64,000 bases of DNA from an uncultured Lachnospiraceae bacterium. Its GTDB lineage: Bacteria > Bacillota > Clostridia > Oscillospirales > CAG-272. The DNA is taken from positions 3,660-67,659 of the forward strand of contig CAYOFP010000002.1 in assembly GCA_964403505.1 (NCBI GenBank), read 5' to 3'. A model generated the notes under the pieces. It did no database searches. It was not told the DNA's origin and was given only the letters and a program-made list of their open reading frames with translations. A program made the translations under genes and the position numbers. The number at the start of each line of letters is the position of its first letter. Position 1 is the first letter of the stretch. Of the stretch, positions 43,683 to 53,100 are shown in pieces.

Positions 43683-45073
43683 GCGAGAATCCTGCCCATG
43701 ATCACACCCATGGCAGACGCCATCATAAGTCCCCGTGTCCAGCCCGAGCTGTCGCCGAGACAGTGCAGGCCTTTGATGTTTGTATTGAGCTTGTCATCCA
43801 TTTTAACTCTGTTTGAGTAGAATTTCAGCTCCGGGGAATAAAGCAGAGTCTCGTATGAGGCAAATCCCGGGATGGCGACGTCCATCGCCTTGATAAAGTT
43901 GATTATATTCGTCATCGCACGGTAGGGCATGGCGGCGGTGATGTCGCCTGCGACCGCATCGGGAATGGTAGGCTTTACATTCGACTGTGAAAGCTCCTTG
44001 TCCCAGGTTCGTTTGCCGTCGAGGATATCGCCGAAGCGCTGGACGAGTATCTGCCCGTTTGCGAGCATGTTCGTGAGCTCGCCGACCTTCTGCGCATATG
44101 CGATCGGCTGATTGAAGGGATATGTGAAATTATGTGAGCAGAGGATGGCGACATTCGTATTGTTGCTCTTTATGTCCTTATAGCTGTGGCCGTTTACGAC
44201 AGCTAAATTGTTGTCGTAATTTTCCTGGCTTACAAATCCTCCCGGGTTCTGGCAGAATGTGCGTACCTTGTTTTTAAACGGTGCGGGGTATCCGATGAGC
44301 TTTGACTCATAGAGGACGTCGTTTATCTCCTCCATGACCTCGTTTCTCACCTCGACTCTGACTCCGATGTCGACCGTGCCCGGCTGATGGCTGATGCCGT
44401 GTGCGTTGCAAAGACCTTCGAGCCAGTCTGCGCCTTTGCGTCCTGTCGCCACAACGATATCATCACCGTAAAGGGTGAATTCCTCGCCCGATTCATAGTC
44501 GGTGAATTTTGCGCCGACACAGGTATCTCCCTCTATGATAAGGTCTGTGCAGTCGCAGTAAAACATGATCTCTATGCCGTGGTCAATGAGATATTTTTCA
44601 ATATCGTAATATAGCTGATGCGCCTTTTCCGTTCCGAGATGGCGGATGGGGCAGTCCACGAGCTTGAGCCCGGCAGTGATCGCTTTTTTTCGTATGGCTT
44701 TGACTTTTTCAGGGTTGGAAACACCCTCGATTTTTGCGTCTGCGCCGAATTCGAGGTATATCGTGTCGGTGTAATCGATGATTTTCTGCACAAATTCTTC
44801 GCCGAGGAGCTGGGGCAGGTCTCCGCCGACCTCATAGTTGAGGGAGAGCTTTCCGTCCGAGAATGCGCCTGCCCCCGAGAAGCCTGTCGTTATCTGGCAG
44901 TAAGGCTTACAGTTTACGCATTTGCCTGTACTCGCCTTAGGGCAGGCTCGTTTTTCGACGGGCTTGCCTTTTTCAACGATGATTATCTTTTTGTCCGTGC
45001 CTTTTTTCAGCATTTCGAGGGCGGTAAATATGCCCGAGGGTCCTGCGCCGATGATTACTACGTCGTATTTCAT
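43679..45073 (-). CDS. FAD-dependent oxidoreductase (COG2509-like)
   Basis: MKYDVVIIGAGPSGIF dinucleotide-binding motif and a CPKASTGKCVNCKPYC cysteine cluster. Confidence 0.8.
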   Translation of the reverse strand: MKYDVVIIGAGPSGIFTALEMLKKGTDKKIIIVEKGKPVEKRACPKASTGKCVNCKPYCQITTGFSGAGAFSDGKLSLNYEVGGDLPQLLGEEFVQKIIDYTDTIYLEFGADAKIEGVSNPEKVKAIRKKAITAGLKLVDCPIRHLGTEKAHQLYYDIEKYLIDHGIEIMFYCDCTDLIIEGDTCVGAKFTDYESGEEFTLYGDDIVVATGRKGADWLEGLCNAHGISHQPGTVDIGVRVEVRNEVMEEINDVLYESKLIGYPAPFKNKVRTFCQNPGGFVSQENYDNNLAVVNGHSYKDIKSNNTNVAILCSHNFTYPFNQPIAYAQKVGELTNMLANGQILVQRFGDILDGKRTWDKELSQSNVKPTIPDAVAGDITAAMPYRAMTNIINFIKAMDVAIPGFASYETLLYSPELKFYSNRVKMDDKLNTNIKGLHCLGDSSGWTRGLMMASAMGVIMGRILA

Positions 45074-45088
45074 ATCTTTTTCCTTTGT

Positions 45089-47239
45089 TTATATTTTTCG
45101 CAGACTCAGCATACGGTATGAATTGTTTTCTTTTTCGGTCGAGATATCGATTCCGTCTTTCAGCTCTTCGGCATCGAAGACACGGCCTGTCAGCTCGTCT
45201 TGGTATTTTCCGTCGGGCGCATTTATCTTCATAGTCATGCCGGCAGTGTCAGCGCCGTCAGGATTTAAGAAGGTAGCGAGTATGTGACTCTTATCCTTTG
45301 AGATAAAGTAGTATGAATAGCATCCGCACTCAAACGGGTTGTGCACACGGTAGAAATCGCCGTAAAGAATGGTCTTTTCCCATTTACGGTATTCTGCGAT
45401 CTGCTCGGCGATCGTCTTTTTGACGTCGTCCGGCATATCCGGCAGATGCAGTTCATATCCGAGCGGACCGCCGAGCGCTACACGGTATGAGAAGTCGAGC
45501 GCACGCGGGTCTTCTGCCTGAGCAAATGTATTTGACACATGACAGCTCATGGTATACGGCGGATAACCGACGGTAGATGAGAACTGTATCGGTATTCTCG
45601 CATGTGAGTATGTATGGTCTGATGTCCAGATCTGTGTTGAGTATTTCATCATGCCGAGGTCGTATCTTCCGCCGCCGCCCGAGCAGTTTTCGAGCATAAT
45701 GTTCGGGAAGCGTTTTTTGAACCAATCGTATAGCCTGTATACGCCGAGCATATTGCGGAATCTCATTTCATCCTGCCGATCGGGCGATAAGACAGGGGAG
45801 GCGGCACGGCACATATTTCTGTTGTAGTCCCATTTGATGTAATCGATGTCGAGCGGCCCGAGCGTCTTATCAAATATATTCTCGAGGTAATCTATGACTT
45901 CGGGATTCGCTAAATCGAGCACCAGCTGATTCCGTGCGAGGAGCTGTTCTCTGCCGGGCGCTTTTATGCACCATTCGGGGTGTGCACGGTAAAGGTCGCT
46001 GTCCGGATTTACCATCTCGGGCTCGATCCATATGCCGAATCTGATCCCCTTTGCCTTTACTTTGTTAATGAATGCCGCCAGTCCCTCGGGGAATTTCTTT
46101 TCATTTACGACCCAGTCGCCGAGGCCTGCACAGTCGTTATCTCTCTTGCCGAACCATCCGTCGTCCATGACGAACATATCGATGCCTGCATTTTTTGCGG
46201 CATCGGCGAAATCGAGCATTATTTTTTCATTGATATCAAAGTATGTCGCTTCCCAGCAGTTTAAAACGACGGGTCTGTGCTCAAACGGCTCGGGCGGCAG
46301 GATGTGTTCTCTGATAAAATCGTGGAATGAGCGTGACATGCCGCCGATTCCGTTCTCGGAATAGGTCATGCAGGCCTCGGGGCAGTCAAAGCTCTCGCCC
46401 GGCTCGAGGAGCATTCCGAATTCTTCCTCGCCGAGACCGGTCTGTATTCTCACGCATCCGCTCTGGTCTGTTTCGGCTTCGTTTAAGAAGCTTCCGCTGT
46501 ATACGAAGTTAAAACCGTATACGTCTCCTGTCTCCTCGGTCGCATTATTTTCGCATACGGCGAAGAAGGGGTTCTGCATATGGCTTGACGCTCCTCTGCG
46601 GGAACTGATCGAGTACATGCCTTTGCCCAAATGCAGGCGTTGATACTCTCTTTCGTGCGCATAACGCCCCATAAGCGTGATGCAGTCGTAGTTACCTTCG
46701 GGGATATCGAGCGTGAGGGACATTGCTTTTTCGATTTTTATATTCTTATCGGAATTATTTGTGAGAGTGAAATATCTCGTTATGACATCGCACTCGGCGA
46801 AAACGGAGTAATATAGGTCGAGCGCTGCGCCTCTTACCTCGTCCGTCATATGTATGATGAGCGTCTCGGTGTTTTCATCCGCATCGGCGCAGGGAAGCCC
46901 TTTCGGCGAGTACCTGCCTTTGATGATATCGAAACCGGAATATACAAATTCCGTTACGCAGTTTCCGTCGTTCCCGCGCACCTTGAGTGCGGTCGTGCGG
47001 TAGTCGCCGTCGTCGAAAAACGGAATTTCTCTTGCCGCACAGTCGGGGGAGTAGACACTTCCGTATTTTTCAAAATATGGCGAAAATGCAGCGTATTTTT
47101 GGGGCACTGTCATTTCAGAACAGTCGCATTTTTTTCCGTAATACAGGTGTACGGGATATTTCCCGTCGAACATCGTAAAGGCGTACGATGTGTTTTTTGT
47201 TTCTATAATAAAGTTATCGTCTATTCTTTTGACAGACAT
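45089..47239 (-). CDS. Alpha-galactosidase, glycoside hydrolase family 36
   Basis: KWDYNRNM and CSGGGGRYD signature motifs. Start at MSVKRIDD with a GGAGGTAAT RBS. Confidence 0.92.
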   Translation of the reverse strand: MSVKRIDDNFIIETKNTSYAFTMFDGKYPVHLYYGKKCDCSEMTVPQKYAAFSPYFEKYGSVYSPDCAAREIPFFDDGDYRTTALKVRGNDGNCVTEFVYSGFDIIKGRYSPKGLPCADADENTETLIIHMTDEVRGAALDLYYSVFAECDVITRYFTLTNNSDKNIKIEKAMSLTLDIPEGNYDCITLMGRYAHEREYQRLHLGKGMYSISSRRGASSHMQNPFFAVCENNATEETGDVYGFNFVYSGSFLNEAETDQSGCVRIQTGLGEEEFGMLLEPGESFDCPEACMTYSENGIGGMSRSFHDFIREHILPPEPFEHRPVVLNCWEATYFDINEKIMLDFADAAKNAGIDMFVMDDGWFGKRDNDCAGLGDWVVNEKKFPEGLAAFINKVKAKGIRFGIWIEPEMVNPDSDLYRAHPEWCIKAPGREQLLARNQLVLDLANPEVIDYLENIFDKTLGPLDIDYIKWDYNRNMCRAASPVLSPDRQDEMRFRNMLGVYRLYDWFKKRFPNIMLENCSGGGGRYDLGMMKYSTQIWTSDHTYSHARIPIQFSSTVGYPPYTMSCHVSNTFAQAEDPRALDFSYRVALGGPLGYELHLPDMPDDVKKTIAEQIAEYRKWEKTILYGDFYRVHNPFECGCYSYYFISKDKSHILATFLNPDGADTAGMTMKINAPDGKYQDELTGRVFDAEELKDGIDISTEKENNSYRMLSLRKI

Positions 47240-47357
47240 AATTACCTCCGGGCATTTACTTCTTTTAGAATAGTATACCATATATTTTCTGTTTTTCAAA
47301 TACTACTTGAAAAAAATAATACAATAATATATAATGTTTGGTAACGAGGTTTTACAA

Positions 47358-47681
47358 ATGTTTTACAGTTTTATCGGCCTTTTGCCGCTTTTATTAGTAT
47401 TGTTTATGTTATATGAGAATCGGCGCAGGACAAGGGCTTTGCTCGTAAATCGATATAAAAGACGAAAGGGAGAAGAGAATATGGACGAGATTATGACGTC
47501 ATACATCGGAAAAACAGTTATGATTCAGCTGCTCGACTCATCGTTTGAGGGTGCAACTCAGGGTACGATCAAAAGCTATCATGACGGATGGATCATATTA
47601 GCGGATAAAAAAGGCGCAGAAAAAGCAATCAACTGTGATTTTATCGTAACTGTGAAAGAAATAGCGGCAAAGAAAAAATAA
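47358..47681 (+). CDS. Hypothetical small protein with an N-terminal TM helix (start uncertain; alternative ATG at 47481)
   Basis: The ATGs at 47358 and 47481 both have GA-rich RBS-like sequences 8 nt upstream. No family recognised. Confidence 0.4.
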   Translation: MFYSFIGLLPLLLVLFMLYENRRRTRALLVNRYKRRKGEENMDEIMTSYIGKTVMIQLLDSSFEGATQGTIKSYHDGWIILADKKGAEKAINCDFIVTVKEIAAKKK

Positions 47682-47704
47682 AATCCGTCATTTGTTATAG
47701 TAAG

Positions 47705-48049
47705 ATGAATGATATATTCGAGCGCCTTTCGCACTCTGCTTTCAGGAGCAGATTTCATCTCGGCGCAAAAGAAAAGGAATACGTTAGGCAAAAGGGATAC
47801 GAAACCATAAATGAGCATACGCACGATTTTATAAGGAAGCGCTTAGCTCCGGACTTGATACCGAACGATGGTAAGCAAACGCCGATGCGGGGTCATCCCA
47901 CGTTTATTGCACAGCATGCGACAGCCACTTGCTGCCGTTCCTGCTTATATAAATGGCACAGGATACCGATGGGCAGGGCGCTTACCGAAGAAGAGACAGA
48001 ATATATATGTGATGTGATAATGCATTACATAAAAAAGGAAATGAACTAA
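47705..48049 (+). CDS. DUF4186 family protein
   Basis: NDGKQTPMRGHPTFIAQHATATCCRSCLYKWH motif. Confidence 0.7.
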   Translation: MNDIFERLSHSAFRSRFHLGAKEKEYVRQKGYETINEHTHDFIRKRLAPDLIPNDGKQTPMRGHPTFIAQHATATCCRSCLYKWHRIPMGRALTEEETEYICDVIMHYIKKEMN

Positions 48050-48059
48050 AGAGGGAGAA

Positions 48060-48356
48060 ATGTCGTTTATAGCACTTTTGTGTATCATAACCGGCGTAGG
48101 TATGCTGGCATTCGGCTATCAGAAGGCCGTAAAAAATGAGTATGCGCTCATGCGCTTATACCGGGAGGGCAAGTGCGGCAAAAAAGAGGCAAAGGTAAGC
48201 GGCGCTCTTCAGCTCGTTTTCGGTTTTCTTAACTCAGTCTTTGCGATTCTGTTTTTTATAACCGAGTCAAGAATCATATTTTATATCTGCACGATTGTGC
48301 TTTGCCTGACTGCAGTCGTTTTTGCGGCTGTATATGCAATGATCGAAAAACGCTGA
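48060..48356 (+). CDS. Hypothetical small membrane protein
   Basis: 98 aa with three hydrophobic helices. GAGGGAG RBS. Confidence 0.5.
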   Translation: MSFIALLCIITGVGMLAFGYQKAVKNEYALMRLYREGKCGKKEAKVSGALQLVFGFLNSVFAILFFITESRIIFYICTIVLCLTAVVFAAVYAMIEKR

Positions 48357-48378
48357 TTTTCAGAAAATCAGCGTTTTT
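48349..48378. terminator. Bidirectional rho-independent terminator
   Basis: 12-bp stem AACGCTGATTTT, loop cag, AAAATCAGCGTT, followed by a T-run. It lies between convergent genes. Confidence 0.8.
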
Positions 48379-48379
48379 A

Positions 48380-48817
48380 TTATTTTAGCTTATTGTATTC
48401 ACTAACAGCGAGTGCGTCGCAGCGTTCGTTGTAGGGGTGTCCGTCGTGGCCTTTGATCCATTCGTACCTGATCTTGTGTATCTCGCAGAGGTCGAGCAGC
48501 TGTCCCCACAGATCGGGATTGAGCGCAGGCTTTTTGTCGGCTTTTTTCCATCCGCGCGCACGCCATGAGCTCGCCCAGCCTTTGGACAGTCCGTCTATGA
48601 CATATTTGGAATCGGAGCAGAGTGTGATATCGCACGGCTCTTTGAGCGCCTCGAGGGCGGCGATGACTGCGTATAGCTCCATGCGGTTGTTCGTCGTTTG
48701 CGCTTCTGCGCCCGACAGCACCTTTTCTTTTCCCTTGTATACTATGATAGCGCCCCAACCGCCTGCACCGGGATTTCCGCTGCACGCTCCGTCGGTATAA
48801 ATATCCACATGTTTCAT
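48380..48817 (-). CDS. rnhA: Ribonuclease HI
   Basis: [24 protein letters not shown] and [13 protein letters not shown] motifs. Confidence 0.93.
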   Translation of the reverse strand: MKHVDIYTDGACSGNPGAGGWGAIIVYKGKEKVLSGAEAQTTNNRMELYAVIAALEALKEPCDITLCSDSKYVIDGLSKGWASSWRARGWKKADKKPALNPDLWGQLLDLCEIHKIRYEWIKGHDGHPYNERCDALAVSEYNKLK

Positions 48818-48893
48818 ACCTATATTGTATCAAATATCCTTGAAAAAATCAATGTGATGTGGTAAAATTAAGAAAAAACGGCGGAGAATTCAA

Positions 48894-49637
48894 ATGAGTG
48901 ATAAAATATCGATACGTGGTGTGAATTTTGATAATGTCAGCCTTGACGAAGCGGCTGATATCGTCAACGGATTTATCTTAGGCGAGGGAACAAAGACCAT
49001 TCACACGCCGAATGCGGAAATCGTGCAGTTGTGCGTAGAGCAAAATGAATATTATGATCTGATAAATTCTGCGGATCTTATTATCCCGGACGGTAGCGGC
49101 GTCATACTCGCCTCCAAAATACTCGGCACGCCCTTAAAAAAGGGAAAGGTGGCGGGGATCGAGCTTGCAGAGCGTACCCTCGCTCTTTCTGCCGAGCATG
49201 GATATAAGGTGTTTTTTCTCGGAGGAAAGCCGGGCGTCGCTGACATCGCCGCACAGAATATGAAGGAAAAGTATCCGGGACTCGATATCGTCGGTACGAA
49301 CGACGGATATTTCAAAAAAGAGGGCGAGGAGACCGATGCTGTCATCGAGAAGGTAAACGCAAGCGGCGCACAGGTGCTTTTCGTTTGCCTCGGCGTTCCG
49401 GCGCAGGAAAAGTGGATGTATGCAAATCGTGATAAATTGAATGTCAGGGTCATGGCAGGACTCGGCGGTTCTCTCGACGTATATGCCGGAAATGTGAAGC
49501 GTGCGCCGAAGATATTTATCAAGCTCGGTCTCGAGTGGCTCTACCGCCTGATGAAAGAGCCGTCGAGGATCGGACGGATGATGAAACTGCCGAAGTTTAT
49601 TCTCGGAACGTTTTTTTCAAAAGGTAAGAAATCATGA
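48894..49637 (+). CDS. WecB/TagA/CpsF family glycosyltransferase
   Basis: PDGSGV, FFLGGKPGV and a LEWLYRL-type C-terminal motif. Confidence 0.85.
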   Translation: MSDKISIRGVNFDNVSLDEAADIVNGFILGEGTKTIHTPNAEIVQLCVEQNEYYDLINSADLIIPDGSGVILASKILGTPLKKGKVAGIELAERTLALSAEHGYKVFFLGGKPGVADIAAQNMKEKYPGLDIVGTNDGYFKKEGEETDAVIEKVNASGAQVLFVCLGVPAQEKWMYANRDKLNVRVMAGLGGSLDVYAGNVKRAPKIFIKLGLEWLYRLMKEPSRIGRMMKLPKFILGTFFSKGKKS

Positions 49638-50116
49638 CTCCGGAGGAAAGCCTTGTATATAAGCTGATAGAGAAGGGCATGCATATCGCCTTTGCAGAAT
49701 CCTGCACAGCAGGGCTTTGCGCCGCACGGCTCGTGAACGTACCCGATGCGTCAAAGGTGCTTGATGTCTCGTTTGTCACATATGCAAACGAAGCGAAGAT
49801 GCGGTATCTCGGCGTCGGCGCTGACACGATCGGAAAATACGGCGTCGTGAGCGAACAGGTCGCATGTGAGATGGCGTGCGGTGCGGCGCATGCGGCAAAA
49901 GCCGAGGCCGGTGTCGGCATATCCGGCATTGCAGGGCCGGGCGGAGGAACGCAGACAAAGCCGGTAGGGACAGTTTGCTTCGGCTTTTTCGTAAACGGGG
50001 AAAGCTATACTTTCACAGAGCGTTTCGGCGATATCGGGCGAAACGAAGTACGCCGTGCAAGCTGTGATTTTGTATATGATAAGTTAAATGAAATCGTAGA
50101 AAAAAATCCCATATGA
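49634..50116 (+). CDS. CinA-family nicotinamide-nucleotide amidohydrolase (PncC domain only)
   Basis: AESCTAGL, VTYANEAK, GISGIAGPGGG and PVGTVCFG motifs. Confidence 0.85.
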   Translation: MTPEESLVYKLIEKGMHIAFAESCTAGLCAARLVNVPDASKVLDVSFVTYANEAKMRYLGVGADTIGKYGVVSEQVACEMACGAAHAAKAEAGVGISGIAGPGGGTQTKPVGTVCFGFFVNGESYTFTERFGDIGRNEVRRASCDFVYDKLNEIVEKNPI

Positions 50117-50139
50117 CGTTATGTCATATGGGACTTTTT
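50107..50139. terminator. Rho-independent terminator (bidirectional shape)
   Basis: 11-bp stem TCCCATATGAC / GTCATATGGGA, preceded by A6 and followed by CTTTTT. Confidence 0.75.
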
Positions 50140-50183
50140 GTTTGTAATGCCGCTTTACTCAATTTTCGGCATTACGTTCCCCT

Positions 50184-53100
50184 TTATTCTGCGGTGAATT
50201 CAAATGCATCGGAGCGGAATACTCCTTCGCTCGATGTGAACACCACAGGTTCGATGACGTAGTTACCCTCGTTTTTGATTATCAGCGGGATCTTTATCTT
50301 GTCGGCGGCTTTTTCACCGACGTTGATGACCAGACTGTCTGCATTTGCGGTAATGTAGACATAATCCTGATTCGTGCCCATGCCGATATACCTGAAGCAG
50401 TTCGGCAGAGCCACTCTGATTCTTCCGCATCTGACAGGAAGGTAAGCTAAGTCAAGGTTCAAATATGCAATTTGGTATTTACCCGTGTCACCGGATATGG
50501 AGGCTATGATATCACCCGTGCCGTCCTCCTGCCCGACGGTATAGTCGGCCTGATATACGGCGCAGATGCGTATATTATCGCTCTTTGTCTCAAAGCTGAT
50601 ATCACTTAAGTCCTTTTCATTTATCTTTACCTTTTTTATCTCTATGCCGTTTACGGTAACGGTGTCTTTGAAAGCGCCGCACGATATCTTTACGGTGTCG
50701 GTCTTTGTGATATCGGGTGTGTTGTTTTTGATATATGAAAGTACTGCAAAGGGCAGATATAGGGTATACGGCTTGTCATCTATGACAGCGTCTATCATAG
50801 CTGCGGCATTTTCCTTGTCTATGAAGGTGGCGGCAATGATCCTCAGCGCCGCATAGTCTTCATCGTCGCATTCGCCGGTCATCGTTTTGTAGACCTCCTC
50901 GGCGTTTGTATAATCGCCGACAAAGGCAAATGCACAGCTCATAAGAGCCCTACAGTATTCGTTATCGCCGATTTCGTTTTTCGCATACCGCAGATCGACT
51001 AACACACTGTCGCCGCATGCGGCACGGTATAATAGATAACGGAAATAATCGAGCCTGCTGTAACCGGGTTTCGGCGTGTAGTACCTCGTGGACCATAAGC
51101 CCGATGCGTGTATATAGTAGTTAAACAGTGCGGTCATAACGGGCGAGCCTTCGCCTTCGGGAAGATAGGAGAGAAGATGATCTTGACTGCAAAGATACAG
51201 ATTTATCGTACTGTAATCCGTTGCAAACGACAGCGTGTCATCGCCGAGTATCTGCTTCTTTTGAAGGGCGGCTTCATTATTGCAGACGATCGTGTCGAGC
51301 CGCTCGTTGAAATGACGCTCAAGATAATCGAAATACTTTAGATACCTTTGTGTCTGGGTATTGTATATCTCGAGGGTCACGGGCAGGGCAGACGGCGTGA
51401 TCACGGGGGTGTCATTCGGTGAGAATTCCTCCTGCTTCACGATCTGCTGGGCAGAGTTTATGATTTCAAAGGGATATTCCACCGCATCCTTGTAGTCTCC
51501 GCACACGGCGCTTATGTTTGCGGTGTATGTGCCGACAGGCAGCTTCCCGAGGTTCACGCTTGCGTTTGCGCCTGACATCGCAGTTAAGGTTTCGCAGAAG
51601 TCCGCTTCTTTTACCGTAAATGTGAATTCTACATTTGCTATTCCGGATTCAAGTATGCTGTTTGCATTCAGCACGAGATCGTCTGAGCTCTTGACGTTTC
51701 GGGGCGGTGTCGACTGGATGAAGAAGTCCATGCACGCAGATACAAAGTGCCGTGCACTGCCCGTATATACACCGTCCTTTACGGCGTGGGTCGTGATGCG
51801 GTATTCGCATACGTTGTCGGGCAGAGTAAAGGTCACGGTCGCCTTACCGTTTTTATCCGTTTGCACCGTCTTAAAGCATGCGGTGTCGTCAAACGAGTCA
51901 CGGGTCGTTGCCGATCCGCTCTCCTCAGGATTGCCTCCGCCCATTCCGCCCTCAAAGGGTATCATCTCAAAAATGCGGTGGGATGAGTATGAGTAGAAAT
52001 TGGCTTTTCCTTTTCCATATGAGCGTGAGGGGAAGATCGAGTTGTCGGGATAAGTGAGGAATACCGCCTCGTTTACCACGCTTATATTCGTCGTGCAGGA
52101 TATCGCATCGCCCTTGGCGTCTTTGGTCGTGATGTTCAGCGTCACCGTGTCGCCCGGGCTGTATACCGTTTTGTCCTCGGCGATATCGATATTGATCTTC
52201 TTTTCCTCGTGGCCGCTATAAATATCGTTCGTCGGCATACGGTAGAAGTGACCGTCGGTATAATACGCACCCGTCAGATACGCCCACGGGAACATTTCCT
52301 CGGTCGTCGTTACCGAGAGGTCGCTGTCTGCCGATAAAAGCTTGTGCGAGATGATTCCGTCGTTGTATATTAACCGTAATACCGTTCCGCCTGTCTGGAC
52401 ATTGCCGTTTCTGTCGGTCAGGGTCACACCGACTTTCTTTCCGATACCGCACCCCTCGGAATCAAAGTCGCTATTTAAGCGGTATTTGCAGTTGTCGTAG
52501 AGCAGTCCGTGTTTCCCCGGCTTAAAGTAGGAGGCTTTTAAACTCATATTGCCGGTCATGATAACTGTTTTCGTTTCCGGATCGGTTATATAGAGCGAAC
52601 AGTAGAGGGTGTAGCTCTCATTTTCCGTCGCATCGGGTATCGAGTATTTACCCGTGTCGATTACTGCCTCTCCGTTTACGATGTCGACGGTAAATTTATC
52701 GATTTCGGTGTACGAACTGTCGTAATCATATTCGTAGTAATATTTTTTTGTATATTCGTCGTATGCTTTTTCCTTTTTCTTTCTCTCTTCTTTTTCTAAT
52801 AAGATATATACCTCGGCGCTTGAATTTGCGCCTTCACCTAAAAAATCTTTTTCGCCCATATAGCTGTATTTAATATTCTCTTTTCCGTCTGTTGCGATTT
52901 TTTTCAGGTTTATATAGATTGCTTCATCGGTTTTTTCCGTCATTGCGAAGCATTTTGTATTAACCAAATAGAAGTGACAATAGTCATTATTCTCGTCATC
53001 TCCCGAGTATATCGTAATGCTGTCCGACATTATCTGATAAAACTCCTCTAATCTGTCGGATGTATGGTACAATTTTTGCGTCTGAATCGAGAAGTGGGCA

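Noticed and set aside
51270-51296. Possible thioester site in the alpha-2-macroglobulin-like protein (VCNNEA, aa 1226-1231).
   Set aside because: The motif is C-N-N-E, not CxEQ, so no Gln is available for a thioester. I treat the protein as thioester-less rather than claiming a reactive site.
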